In this document: piece after piece, positions 17,719-25,963 of the stretch
Numbering within the stretch: the stretch's first letter is position 1
How the letters are laid out: every line of letters starts with the position of its first letter
DNA from: Syntrophales bacterium
Lineage (GTDB): Bacteria > Desulfobacterota > Syntrophia > Syntrophales > UBA4778
NCBI GenBank assembly: GCA_963665615.2
Contig: CAXXQE010000006.1
Span: 558,001 to 585,164 of the forward strand
Reading direction: 5' to 3'
Length of the DNA stretch: 27,164 bases
Notes under the pieces: generated by a model
Told to the model about the DNA's origin: nothing
Seen by the model: only the letters and a program-made list of their open reading frames with translations
Database searches by the model: none
Made by a program: the position numbers and the translations under genes

Positions 17719-18447
17719 ATGAGCTGGCTGGCTGATCCGTCCGTCTGGCTGGCCCTGGGAACCCTGACAGCCCTGGAGATTGTCCTGGGCATCGACAATA
17801 TCATCTTCATCTCCATCCTGTCGGGGAAGCTCCCCGTCCACCAGCGGGAAAAGGCGCGTGTGGTCGGTCTTGCCCTGGCGATGTTCATCCGTATCGCCCT
17901 GCTCTTTTCGCTGTCGTGGATGATGGGCCTCACGACGCCGCTCTTCACCGCCATGGGAAACGCCATTTCGGGCAGGGACCTGATTCTCATCTCTGGCGGC
18001 CTCTTCCTGCTCTGGAAGAGCACAATGGAGATTCATGAAAAGCTGGAAGACCACGACGGGGGCCAGCTGCACGTCAGGGTGGCGACCCGGTTCAATATCG
18101 TCATCGTCCAGATCCTGATGTTCGATATCATCTTTTCGTTGGATTCGATCATCACGGCCATCGGCATGGCCAGCCAGTTAGCGGTCATGAGCGCGGCGGT
18201 CGTCGCGGCTGTGGGCTTCATGATCCTATTTTCCGGCAAGATCAGTCTCTTCATCGAAAACCACCCAACGATCAAGATCCTGGCCCTGAGTTTTCTGATT
18301 CTCATCGGGGTCGCCCTTATCGGCGACGGTCTCGACATGCACATCCCCAAGGGCTACATCTACTTCGCCATGGCTTTCTCAGTGGGCGTGGAGATGTTGA
18401 ACCTGAGACTGCGCGAGCGGTCTAAAACCGCTGCCGAACGAGATTAA
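17719..18447 (+). CDS. TerC-family membrane protein
   Basis: TLTALEIVLGIDNIIFI, DIIFSLDSIITAIG and HIPKGYIYFAMAFS. Starts immediately after the htpX stop (TAAATG). Confidence 0.93.
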   Translation: MSWLADPSVWLALGTLTALEIVLGIDNIIFISILSGKLPVHQREKARVVGLALAMFIRIALLFSLSWMMGLTTPLFTAMGNAISGRDLILISGGLFLLWKSTMEIHEKLEDHDGGQLHVRVATRFNIVIVQILMFDIIFSLDSIITAIGMASQLAVMSAAVVAAVGFMILFSGKISLFIENHPTIKILALSFLILIGVALIGDGLDMHIPKGYIYFAMAFSVGVEMLNLRLRERSKTAAERD

Positions 18448-18520
18448 TACGACTATTCGCTTCCAGGTCGTTGCACGCCCTTACAAGAACACGCCGCCTG
18501 AACCTGTCAGCAGACGTAAT

Positions 18521-18550
18521 AGAAAAGGCCGGAGCGATCCGGCCTTTTCT
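18521..18550. terminator. Bidirectional terminator-like hairpin between terC and the porin gene
   Basis: AGAAAAGGCCGGA-GCGA-TCCGGCCTTTTCT perfect stem. Confidence 0.75.
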
Positions 18551-18607
18551 GTCGATGTGACTTGTCGCCGTCCGCTTTGCCCGGCAGACAGGCGACGTGG
18601 CAGTCAT

Positions 18608-19951
18608 TTAGAACTTCCAGGAGAGGGCCATGTCCAACGAATTGACCTTCATCTTGTTGTCGATCGTGATGTTCTGGCCCGCCAGATCCGTACCGTCTTC
18701 ATGATAGCTGGAACCGAATTCATGCACAAAACCGATATTGAACTCGAGGGTCTTGGAAAGCTGAACCCCTAAACCGATGGTAACGTGATGCTCGAGGAAA
18801 GCCGGGATCCCGATGAATCTCAGCGTTTCATAGTAGTAAGTCGGAACGGCGATGCCTTGGATATTTGTCCTCGCCAGCAATCCGGCGCCTTCGAAGGCGT
18901 GGTGCTCCTTGACGGGTGTCTTGCTGTAGTTGTAACCCGCGCGCAGGGCCAGTTTGGGAAAGATATAATACTGGACGCCGATGCCGTAAGCCCACTCGTT
19001 CTCCCAATCGAGTTCCTTCCAGGCCTCAGCGTCCGCCCAGTTGATCCATCTGACATCCGCCTCCACGAGGAGTTTGTTTTTCAGGATCTCGAAGCTCGCG
19101 CCGAATGCGACCTGCTGCGGCACTGCGATCTCAAGGTCTTCACGTGCCCCGTCGCCATTCAGATCGGCGAGACGATTGAGCGTGGTCTTCTGCTTGGAGA
19201 TATAGGTCAGTCCCGTGGTGATATCATCCGTCACCTTGCAGGCGAGTCCCAACTGGAAGCCCCAGGCCCAACCGCTTGAACTGCCCGCGCCGACATCCAG
19301 CGTAATCTGGTCGACATGAAGGGCCAGCCCCGCTGCCAGGTTGTCCGTGATCTTCGTGGAAATGGCCGGCGTGACCTTCGCGACGCCCAGCTGGGTATAA
19401 TAACCGGACATCAATGGTAAAAAGGGCACGGCGGGAATGCCTGTCGGGAAGTAGGCCGGCTGGTCGAAGGTCGTGCCCGAGTAATCCATCCCCAGACCGG
19501 TGACGCCGGCGACGCCGAGGCCGAATTGCCACGAACGCCCCGCCATGTCAACGGGCGAGGAGGCGCCGATAGCCGGTGCCAGATAGATCTTGTTGCCGAC
19601 CTCGGCATTGATAACGTTCGCGCCGTTTTGCGTCAAGGTTGCCGAATTGTTATCCGGCTGAATGAGGGTTGCCCCGATGTCGAACCGGTTTTTCCCGCTG
19701 AAGGCGGCAAAACTCATCGTCGCGGGATTGGAAAAGATCGCGCCGAGGGTATCCTGGGGCGCAGCAACCCCCACGCCAGCCATCGATCTCGATACGGGAC
19801 CGATGCCGATAAAATCAACACCGTTGACCGCCAAGGCCTGACCCGCGGTAAGAAGCCATAAAAAGACAACCTGAAAAAAAATGAAACTCTTGATGGTGAA
19901 CGTAGTAGATCTCGGAAAGTTTCTCCCGAAAGCGCCTTTGCTCTTCTCCAT
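18608..19951 (-). CDS. Outer-membrane transport protein, OmpP1/FadL/TodX family
   Basis: Signal peptide ending AGQALA, then NG..FIGIGPVSRSMAG and 'AIFSNPATM' (NPA hatch motif). Also LALRAGYNY and a C-terminal beta-signal LSWKF. Start codon is uncertain. Confidence 0.88.
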   Translation of the reverse strand: MEKSKGAFGRNFPRSTTFTIKSFIFFQVVFLWLLTAGQALAVNGVDFIGIGPVSRSMAGVGVAAPQDTLGAIFSNPATMSFAAFSGKNRFDIGATLIQPDNNSATLTQNGANVINAEVGNKIYLAPAIGASSPVDMAGRSWQFGLGVAGVTGLGMDYSGTTFDQPAYFPTGIPAVPFLPLMSGYYTQLGVAKVTPAISTKITDNLAAGLALHVDQITLDVGAGSSSGWAWGFQLGLACKVTDDITTGLTYISKQKTTLNRLADLNGDGAREDLEIAVPQQVAFGASFEILKNKLLVEADVRWINWADAEAWKELDWENEWAYGIGVQYYIFPKLALRAGYNYSKTPVKEHHAFEGAGLLARTNIQGIAVPTYYYETLRFIGIPAFLEHHVTIGLGVQLSKTLEFNIGFVHEFGSSYHEDGTDLAGQNITIDNKMKVNSLDMALSWKF

Positions 19952-20092
19952 TTCTTTTTCCCCTTGATAAGCATGGCGTTGACAATCTTGAACATGAGCG
20001 GATACTTGAGGCGCTTGTCATGCGCTTCGCAGATGCTCAGAATCATCTTCAGATAATGTGGGACGGCGCCGGCGCAACTCGCCGCGGCCTTC

Positions 20093-20129
20093 AAAAGGAA
20101 AGAGGCCGGATCGCTCCGGCCTCTTTTTA
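20093..20129 (-). terminator. Intrinsic terminator after nfnB
   Basis: Minus strand AAAGAGGCCGGA-GCGA-TCCGGCCTCTTT followed by CCTTTT. Confidence 0.75.
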
Positions 20130-20154
20130 TCGTTTCAATCTGCTTCTGTCCGGC

Positions 20155-21564
20155 TTACTTGGTGGCCAGGTACTCGTGAATCGCCCTGGCGGCCTGACGG
20201 CCGGCGCCCATGGCGAGAATGACTGTCGCGGCGCCGGTGACGATGTCGCCACCCGCGTAAACGCCCTTGATGCTCGTCTCTCCGGACTCGCCCTTGGTCA
20301 CGATGTTGCCCCACTTGTTGGTCTCCAAACCGGGAGTGGTCCTCGGAATGACAGGGTTGGCGTTCGTTCCGATCGCAACGACAACGGTATCGACCTCAAT
20401 CTCGAACTCGGAGCCCTTGATAACCACGGGACGACGTCGGCCCGATTCATCAGGCTCGCCCAGTTCCATCTGATTGCAGACCATCTTTTTGACCCAGCCC
20501 TTCTCGTCTCCGATGTATTCAATCGGGTTGGTCAGCAGCTTGAACTGCACACCCTCTTCCTCGGCATGATGGATCTCTTCCTTTCTGGCGGGAAGCTCTA
20601 CCATGCTGCGTCGGTAGATGATGTAGGCATTGTCGGCACCCAGGCGCAAGGCGGTCCGCACGGAATCCATCGCGACGTTGCCGCCGCCGATGACCGCGAC
20701 ATTCTTACCCTTGGCGATCGGGGTGTCGAATTCAGGGAACCGATAGGCCTTCATCAGGTTTGACCGGGTCAGATACTCGTTGGCGGAATAGATGCCGCAG
20801 AGGTTCTCGCCCGGAATGTTCATGAAAACCGGGGCCCCCGCGCCGACGCCGAGGAAGACCGCATCGAAGCCTTCGGCGAACAGATCACTGATCGTTTTCC
20901 AGCGGCCGATGGCGGCATTGAAGACGATCTTGACGCCGAGTTTCTTGAGATAATCGACTTCGGCATCCACAATGGCCTTCGGCAGACGGAACTCGGGAAT
21001 CCCGTAGATGAGAACGCCGCCCGCCTTGTGAAGGGCTTCAAAAATTGTAATGTCATGACCGAGTTTGACAAGATCCCCTGCGATGGTAAGACCCGCAGGG
21101 CCAGCACCGACAACGGCCACCTTCTTGCCCGTCGGGGGTGCAATCTGCGGAATCTTGATCTCTCCTTTGGCCCTTTCGAAATCAGCCGCAAAACGCTCCA
21201 GTCGGCCGACCGCCACCGGTTCGCCCTTCTTGCCGAGGATGCAGAGTTTTTCGCACTGATCCTCCTGCGGACAGACGCGGCCGCAGACAGCGGGCAGGGC
21301 GTTGGTCTCTTTCAGTTTGAGCGCCGCACCGATGAAATCGCCATCGGCAATCAATTTAATGAAACCGGGGATATCGACATCAACCGGACATCCCGCCACA
21401 CATGCGGGCTTCTTGCACTGAATGCAGCGCTTGGCCTCGGTGATAGCCGTCTCGGGCGGATAGCCGTAAGGCACCTCATCGAAATTCCTGCTGCGAACTT
21501 TCGGATCCTGTTCAGGCATCGGCTGCCTGGGGACTTTTTCTTTTTTCTCTTTGATCTCATCCAT
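20155..21564 (-). CDS. nfnB: NfnB / SudA-like large subunit (GltD-like NADPH oxidoreductase, often annotated gltA)
   Basis: EAKRCIQC, CVAGCPV, CGRVCPQEDQCE, GAGPAG, YGIPEFRLP, GGGNVAMD and GGDIVTGAATVILAMGAG. Overlaps the NfnA-like gene, and no glutamate synthase large subunit is adjacent. Confidence 0.9.
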   Translation of the reverse strand: MDEIKEKKEKVPRQPMPEQDPKVRSRNFDEVPYGYPPETAITEAKRCIQCKKPACVAGCPVDVDIPGFIKLIADGDFIGAALKLKETNALPAVCGRVCPQEDQCEKLCILGKKGEPVAVGRLERFAADFERAKGEIKIPQIAPPTGKKVAVVGAGPAGLTIAGDLVKLGHDITIFEALHKAGGVLIYGIPEFRLPKAIVDAEVDYLKKLGVKIVFNAAIGRWKTISDLFAEGFDAVFLGVGAGAPVFMNIPGENLCGIYSANEYLTRSNLMKAYRFPEFDTPIAKGKNVAVIGGGNVAMDSVRTALRLGADNAYIIYRRSMVELPARKEEIHHAEEEGVQFKLLTNPIEYIGDEKGWVKKMVCNQMELGEPDESGRRRPVVIKGSEFEIEVDTVVVAIGTNANPVIPRTTPGLETNKWGNIVTKGESGETSIKGVYAGGDIVTGAATVILAMGAGRQAARAIHEYLATK

Positions 21565-22390
21565 GGCATCCACACCTGCAACTTTCCATTGATTGTTTTT
21601 CCTGCTCGCAATACATCCGCAAGCGGCTCGTTAATAAGGCGAAATCCACCTGATGGCCATCGAACTCGGGGCCATCGACACAGGTAAACTTGGTCTCTCC
21701 GCCGACGGAAACACGACAGGCGCCGCACATGCCGGTGCCATCCACCATGATCGGATTCAGGCTGACGATGGTCGGAATGTTGTAGGGCCGCGTCACCTCG
21801 CAGACAACGCGCATCATCGGCACGGGACCGATCGTAAAGACGCGATCGATCTTCACGCCGGAGTCGATCAGGTTCTGCAACACGCCGCTGACGAAACCAT
21901 GGAATCCGTAACTGCCGTCATCGGTAGCCACCAGCAGCTCGTCGCTCACTTTTCTCATTTCATCTTCCAGGATCAAGAGATCCTTCGTGCGGGCGCCGAT
22001 GATCGAGATCACCTTGCAACCGGTTTTTTTCAGCGCCGCTGCAATTGGATAAACAACGCCCACGCCGACACCCCCGCCGACACAGACAGCCGTTCCAAAG
22101 TTTTCAATTTCCGTCGCGTGTCCCAGCGGCCCCAGCACATGCGGCATAGACTCCCCGGCATTCATCTTTGCCATGTCCGCCGTTGTCTTGCCGACAACCT
22201 GGAAAATGATGGTTATGGTTCCCTTCTCCGAATCGGAATCCACGATCGTGAGGGGAATCCGTTCTCCCTTCTCTTCGGTCATCAGGATAACGAACTGGCC
22301 GGCCTTCCGCTTTTTGGCGATTTCCGGCGCTTCGATAACCATCTTGACCACGATTTCCTGCAAAAACGTTTTCTCGATGATCTTAAACAA
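21557..22390 (-). CDS. nfnA: NfnA / SudB-like small subunit (FAD, NAD, [2Fe-2S])
   Basis: AGQFVIL, GERIPLTI, GPLG, TDDGSYG, GPVPMM and MVDGTGMCGACRV...CVDGPEFDGH. TTG start with AGGAGG RBS. Confidence 0.92.
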   Translation of the reverse strand: MFKIIEKTFLQEIVVKMVIEAPEIAKKRKAGQFVILMTEEKGERIPLTIVDSDSEKGTITIIFQVVGKTTADMAKMNAGESMPHVLGPLGHATEIENFGTAVCVGGGVGVGVVYPIAAALKKTGCKVISIIGARTKDLLILEDEMRKVSDELLVATDDGSYGFHGFVSGVLQNLIDSGVKIDRVFTIGPVPMMRVVCEVTRPYNIPTIVSLNPIMVDGTGMCGACRVSVGGETKFTCVDGPEFDGHQVDFALLTSRLRMYCEQEKQSMESCRCGCHG

Positions 22391-22554
22391 AGCTTCCTCC
22401 TTGCAAAAACTTTTTCGGGGCCCACAATATTAGCAGACCCGTCTCTCCCGACTTACGGCCCATTAAACCAGATGAGCCACTTCTCCCGTACAGCTGCGAC
22501 TAGCCCAAAAAAGAACTCTCTACTAAAAGCTAAAGACGGCCAAACAACAGTTTT

Positions 22555-23400
22555 CTAAAATTCTCTCGGCAAGGCATCCAGATCGGCCAGCGAAAAGACC
22601 GGACCATCCTTGCACACATACTTGCTTCCCACATTGCAGCGGCCACACTTGCCGATCCCGCACTTCATGCGCATCTCCAGCGATGTCAAAATATTTTCCT
22701 TCCTGAAGTCGAGATCGAAAAAGACCGGCAAGGTAAAACGAATCATGATCGGCGGACCGCAGATGACGGCTACGGCATTGTCCGGACTCGGCGCCACCTC
22801 TTTACAGACGGTCGGCACGAAGCCCTCGCGCCCTGTCCAGCCCGCATCGCCCTTGTCCACGGTAATCACCGTATTGATGTCTTTTCTCGCCGCCCAGGCC
22901 TTGAGCTCCTCCTTGTAGAGCAGCAGTCCCGGGGTGCGCGCGCCATAGATCACTGTGATCTCGCCGAAGCGCGACCGGTTGTCCTTATGAAGCGTGTAGT
23001 TGATCAGGGAACGCAGGGTGGTGAAGGCAAAGCCGCCGCCCACCACAATGATGTTCTTGCCCTCCAAAAATTCGATCGGCCACGGATGTCCGAGCGGACC
23101 CCGGATGCCCATGATCGCACCTTCCTCGATATCGTGCAGGGCGCTCGTCACAAGGCCCGCTCTTTGCACCGTGAAGTCAACTGTTGCCGGCTCCGTCGGC
23201 GACGAGGCAATCCCGATGGGACTCTCACCCTTGCCGAAGATGGACAGTTCGGCGAACTGACCGGGCAGATACTGGAAACGTTCTTCGTCCTCTTTATTGA
23301 TGAAGGCCAGTTTGAACGTCTTGATGTCGTTGGTATCGACTTCCGTGATGACCTTGGTCACCTTGACGGGAATGGGAATATAGGGATTCTGCATTTTCAT
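22555..23400 (-). CDS. flxA: FlxA: FAD/NAD(P)-binding [2Fe-2S] subunit (AsrB/HydG-like)
   Basis: PGQFAEL, GESPIGIASSP, GIRGPLG, CGPPIMI and LEMRMKCGIGKCGRC...CKDGPVF. Start at 23400 or 23394. Confidence 0.88.
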   Translation of the reverse strand: MKMQNPYIPIPVKVTKVITEVDTNDIKTFKLAFINKEDEERFQYLPGQFAELSIFGKGESPIGIASSPTEPATVDFTVQRAGLVTSALHDIEEGAIMGIRGPLGHPWPIEFLEGKNIIVVGGGFAFTTLRSLINYTLHKDNRSRFGEITVIYGARTPGLLLYKEELKAWAARKDINTVITVDKGDAGWTGREGFVPTVCKEVAPSPDNAVAVICGPPIMIRFTLPVFFDLDFRKENILTSLEMRMKCGIGKCGRCNVGSKYVCKDGPVFSLADLDALPREF

Positions 23401-23408
23401 TCTCTCTC

Positions 23409-24425
23409 TTATTTTTTCGCCCCTTCGACCATCGAGAAAATATCGATATTCACCGGACAGGATCGGGTACAGCGGCCGCAACCGACACAGAGGGTCTTTC
23501 CGAATTTGGAAACGTAATAGGAGAACTTGTGGGTGACCTTCTGGCGCAGACGTTGAAAGATTTTGGTTCGCGGATTGTGTCCGCTCGTCTCGAGGGTGAA
23601 ATTGGTGAACATGCACGCATCCCACGTCCTGGACCGGGCTCCCTCGCGGAAAAGCGTTTCATCGCAGATATCGAAACAGTGGCACGTCGGGCAGACAAAG
23701 GTGCAGGTTCCGCAGCTGATGCAGGCCTCAGCCGTCTTCGGCCAGAAGGACCCCTCGAACACATCGAGGAGTTTCTGTTCCACGCCTTCCAGTTCGAGGC
23801 TGCGGGTCTTCAGGGCCGTCGCCCCGGCGATCGCCTCGTCGTAGCTTGCCGCGTCGGCATCCGTCCCATCTTCCAGGCCGGATAGCCCGGCCAGCAGCGC
23901 CTCGCCCTTTTCTGTGATCCCCTTGAGATACAGCGTCCCGTCCTTCCGGACCATGAAGACATCGCTGCCTTCGGAATCGGCTGCGCCGATGCCGAAGGCG
24001 TTGTAAAAATCGACGGGGTCAACGGTGTCAAAGGCGTAGCCGATGATCGTCGTCTGCTTCCGACGCGCGACCCAGTATGGATCAAGAAGACCGCCATCCT
24101 CGAACAGCAGGTCCATGATCTCAAAACTCCGGACGTCGCAGGGGCGAACGCCCAGCAGGATCTGACTGGCGCTCTCGACGGGCAATACCTCCGATTCCGT
24201 TTTATCCTTCTCGATCCTGTAGCGGATCATCCGCTCGGTCTGCGGGAAGAAGAGCGACTTGGGACTCAGGACCGTGTTGTAAAAGTCAAGCGTCGCATCG
24301 CCGGCGTTTGTTATCTCTTCAAAATTGGCGCCTCCCTTGCCCGACACCGGCGCAAAGACCTTGCCCTTCTCCATCAGCGCGGCGACAAGCTGGCCCAATT
24401 TGTCTGCTGCAATCTTCTTTAACAA
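23409..24425 (-). CDS. flxB: FlxB: 4Fe-4S dicluster protein (AsrA-like)
   Basis: GVRPCD, CISCGTCTFVCPTCHCF, RTWDAC, SGHNPR and CVGCGRCTRSCPVNID. TTG start with GGAGG RBS. Confidence 0.88.
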   Translation of the reverse strand: MLKKIAADKLGQLVAALMEKGKVFAPVSGKGGANFEEITNAGDATLDFYNTVLSPKSLFFPQTERMIRYRIEKDKTESEVLPVESASQILLGVRPCDVRSFEIMDLLFEDGGLLDPYWVARRKQTTIIGYAFDTVDPVDFYNAFGIGAADSEGSDVFMVRKDGTLYLKGITEKGEALLAGLSGLEDGTDADAASYDEAIAGATALKTRSLELEGVEQKLLDVFEGSFWPKTAEACISCGTCTFVCPTCHCFDICDETLFREGARSRTWDACMFTNFTLETSGHNPRTKIFQRLRQKVTHKFSYYVSKFGKTLCVGCGRCTRSCPVNIDIFSMVEGAKK

Positions 24426-24446
24426 TGTTTGTCCCTCCGGGAATCG

Positions 24447-25307
24447 CTACTCTATGAGCGTATCCGAATCTTCAGATTTGAAATCCACCATGACCGGTTT
24501 GTCCTGGATATCCATGCCGGCCTTCTGGTTGAACATCTCTTCGCACTCCCGCGCCATGTATTTGTGGAACAGGTTGAGAGGGATGTTCACCGGGCAGGCA
24601 CGGGAGCACTCGCCGCAATCGACGCAGCGCCCGGCCAGATGGTAAAAGCGGGTCAGGTGATACATGAGATTGCCGTCGAAGGACGGCGTTTTGTCCCCCC
24701 AGGACGGCTGCGTCTGATCCATGAAACAGGGATCACAATAGCACATCGGGCAGGCCTTGCGGCAGGCATAGCACCGGATGCAACGCGAAAATTCGCTATT
24801 CCAGAAGGCCCATCGATCGCCAGCGCTCATGGCATCAAGCTCGGCCAGAACATCGTAGGGGTTTGCGCCTTGCTCCGGGAGAAGGTCGCCCAGCAGAATG
24901 TCATAGAGCACGGGATTGGCGAGGCCGCATGTCAACTTGACGCCGACTGCCTCGTCCGTCTGCTGTTCCTTCATGCCGGTTGCGGGAATGCCCAGGAGCA
25001 CCAGGTCTTCACGCTTGACCTTCCCTTCCTGGATCAGGACCACCACGGCCCGGCTGTCATAGCCCTTTACCGCAACGGCGATCTTTGTTCCCGCCGGATA
25101 TTCGGTCAGGTAGCGCGCCATGTTGGCGGTGCAGTATTCGTTAAAGACGATCTGCTCGGCTTCGGCCGCCGTCTTGGCCGCGAAGGGCATCGGATGACGC
25201 GCGTCATATCCCGGACCATAGGCCAGGACGACCGATACCTCGCCGCTTTCCAGAAGCCGCCTGGACTCGTCTTTCAATTTCGTTTCGATCTCTTTCAATG
25301 CAGTCAT
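24447..25307 (-). CDS. flxC: FlxC: 4Fe-4S dicluster protein
   Basis: CIRCYACRKACPMCYCDPC and HLAGRCVDCGECSRACP. Start at ATG 25307 after GAGGA. Confidence 0.85.
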   Translation of the reverse strand: MTALKEIETKLKDESRRLLESGEVSVVLAYGPGYDARHPMPFAAKTAAEAEQIVFNEYCTANMARYLTEYPAGTKIAVAVKGYDSRAVVVLIQEGKVKREDLVLLGIPATGMKEQQTDEAVGVKLTCGLANPVLYDILLGDLLPEQGANPYDVLAELDAMSAGDRWAFWNSEFSRCIRCYACRKACPMCYCDPCFMDQTQPSWGDKTPSFDGNLMYHLTRFYHLAGRCVDCGECSRACPVNIPLNLFHKYMARECEEMFNQKAGMDIQDKPVMVDFKSEDSDTLIE

Positions 25308-25329
25308 ACGATCCTCTTCCGTCAATAAT

Positions 25330-25773
25330 CTAAACGGGGTTCGTTGCCGGACGGTCGAGCCGGTCCATCCTGAACTTCGTCTGGGGCCCCAGGGCCTTGA
25401 TCTGGTTTGTAAACTCCGCAACCACTTCCGCGAATTTGTTTCCTTCCGATGCGGAGATCCACTCAACGCGAAAACGACCGGGCTCCATCCCTGCAAACTC
25501 CAGTACCTTCTTGGTGGCCGCGAGTTTCCGGCGCGCATAGAGATTTCCGGTTCCGTAATGGCAATCGCCCGGATGGCACCCGCCGACCAGCACGCCGTCA
25601 GCGCCAAGCTGGAAGGCCCGGAAAATAAAAGAGGGATTGATGCGACTCGAACACATCACCCGCACCAGTCTCAGATTCTGAGGATATTTCAACCGGGTCG
25701 TCCCCGCCAGGTCGGCGCCGGTATAGGTACACCAGTTACAGGCGATCCCTAGTATTCGTGGTTCAAATTCCAT
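25330..25773 (-). CDS. flxD: FlxD / MvhD-like [2Fe-2S] subunit
   Basis: CNWCTYTGADLAG, RVMCSSR, GADGVLVGGCHPGDCHY and WISASEG. Confidence 0.92.
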   Translation of the reverse strand: MEFEPRILGIACNWCTYTGADLAGTTRLKYPQNLRLVRVMCSSRINPSFIFRAFQLGADGVLVGGCHPGDCHYGTGNLYARRKLAATKKVLEFAGMEPGRFRVEWISASEGNKFAEVVAEFTNQIKALGPQTKFRMDRLDRPATNPV

Positions 25774-25838
25774 TTGTCACCTCATTCTAAAACGCTGTCA
25801 ACAATCGTTAGACAATATTGTCAACTGATCCACTTTTT

Positions 25839-25962
25839 GCAGGCCATTCCAAAGTGTCCAGATGCGAGGCGCGCGAGGACCGGGAAGCGGAGCGTATACA
25901 TAATACGTGAGCATTCCCGCCCGCAGCGCAACAAAGCAGATGGGCGCTTTCGAACGGCCTGC
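25839..25962 (-). repeat. 124-bp palindromic MITE-like element between hdrA and flxD
   Basis: Minus strand GCAGGCCGTTCGAAAGCGCCCATCTG ... CATCTGGACACTTTGGAATGGCCTGC has long imperfect terminal inverted repeats and an inner GGGAATGCTCACGTA..TACGCTCCGCTTCCC stem. Confidence 0.75.
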
Positions 25963-25963
25963 G

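Noticed and set aside
16984..18072. 362-aa minus-strand ORF
   Set aside because: Antisense shadow of htpX-terC.
20155..21564. Glutamate synthase small subunit call
   Set aside because: No large subunit is adjacent, and the overlap with an NfnA/SudB-type gene favours NfnAB.
22391..22554. Possible sigma54 promoter or structured RNA upstream of nfnA
   Set aside because: GG-to-GC spacing is 9 rather than 10. Only a short CGGGAGA repeat is present, and I could not support any RNA motif.
21653..25328. Plus-strand ORFs 21653-22558 and 24429-25328
   Set aside because: Antisense shadows of nfnA and flxC.
22555..25773. Anaerobic sulfite reductase or [NiFe]-hydrogenase operon
   Set aside because: No AsrC siroheme subunit or hydrogenase catalytic subunits are present, and the gene order matches hdrA-flxDCBA.
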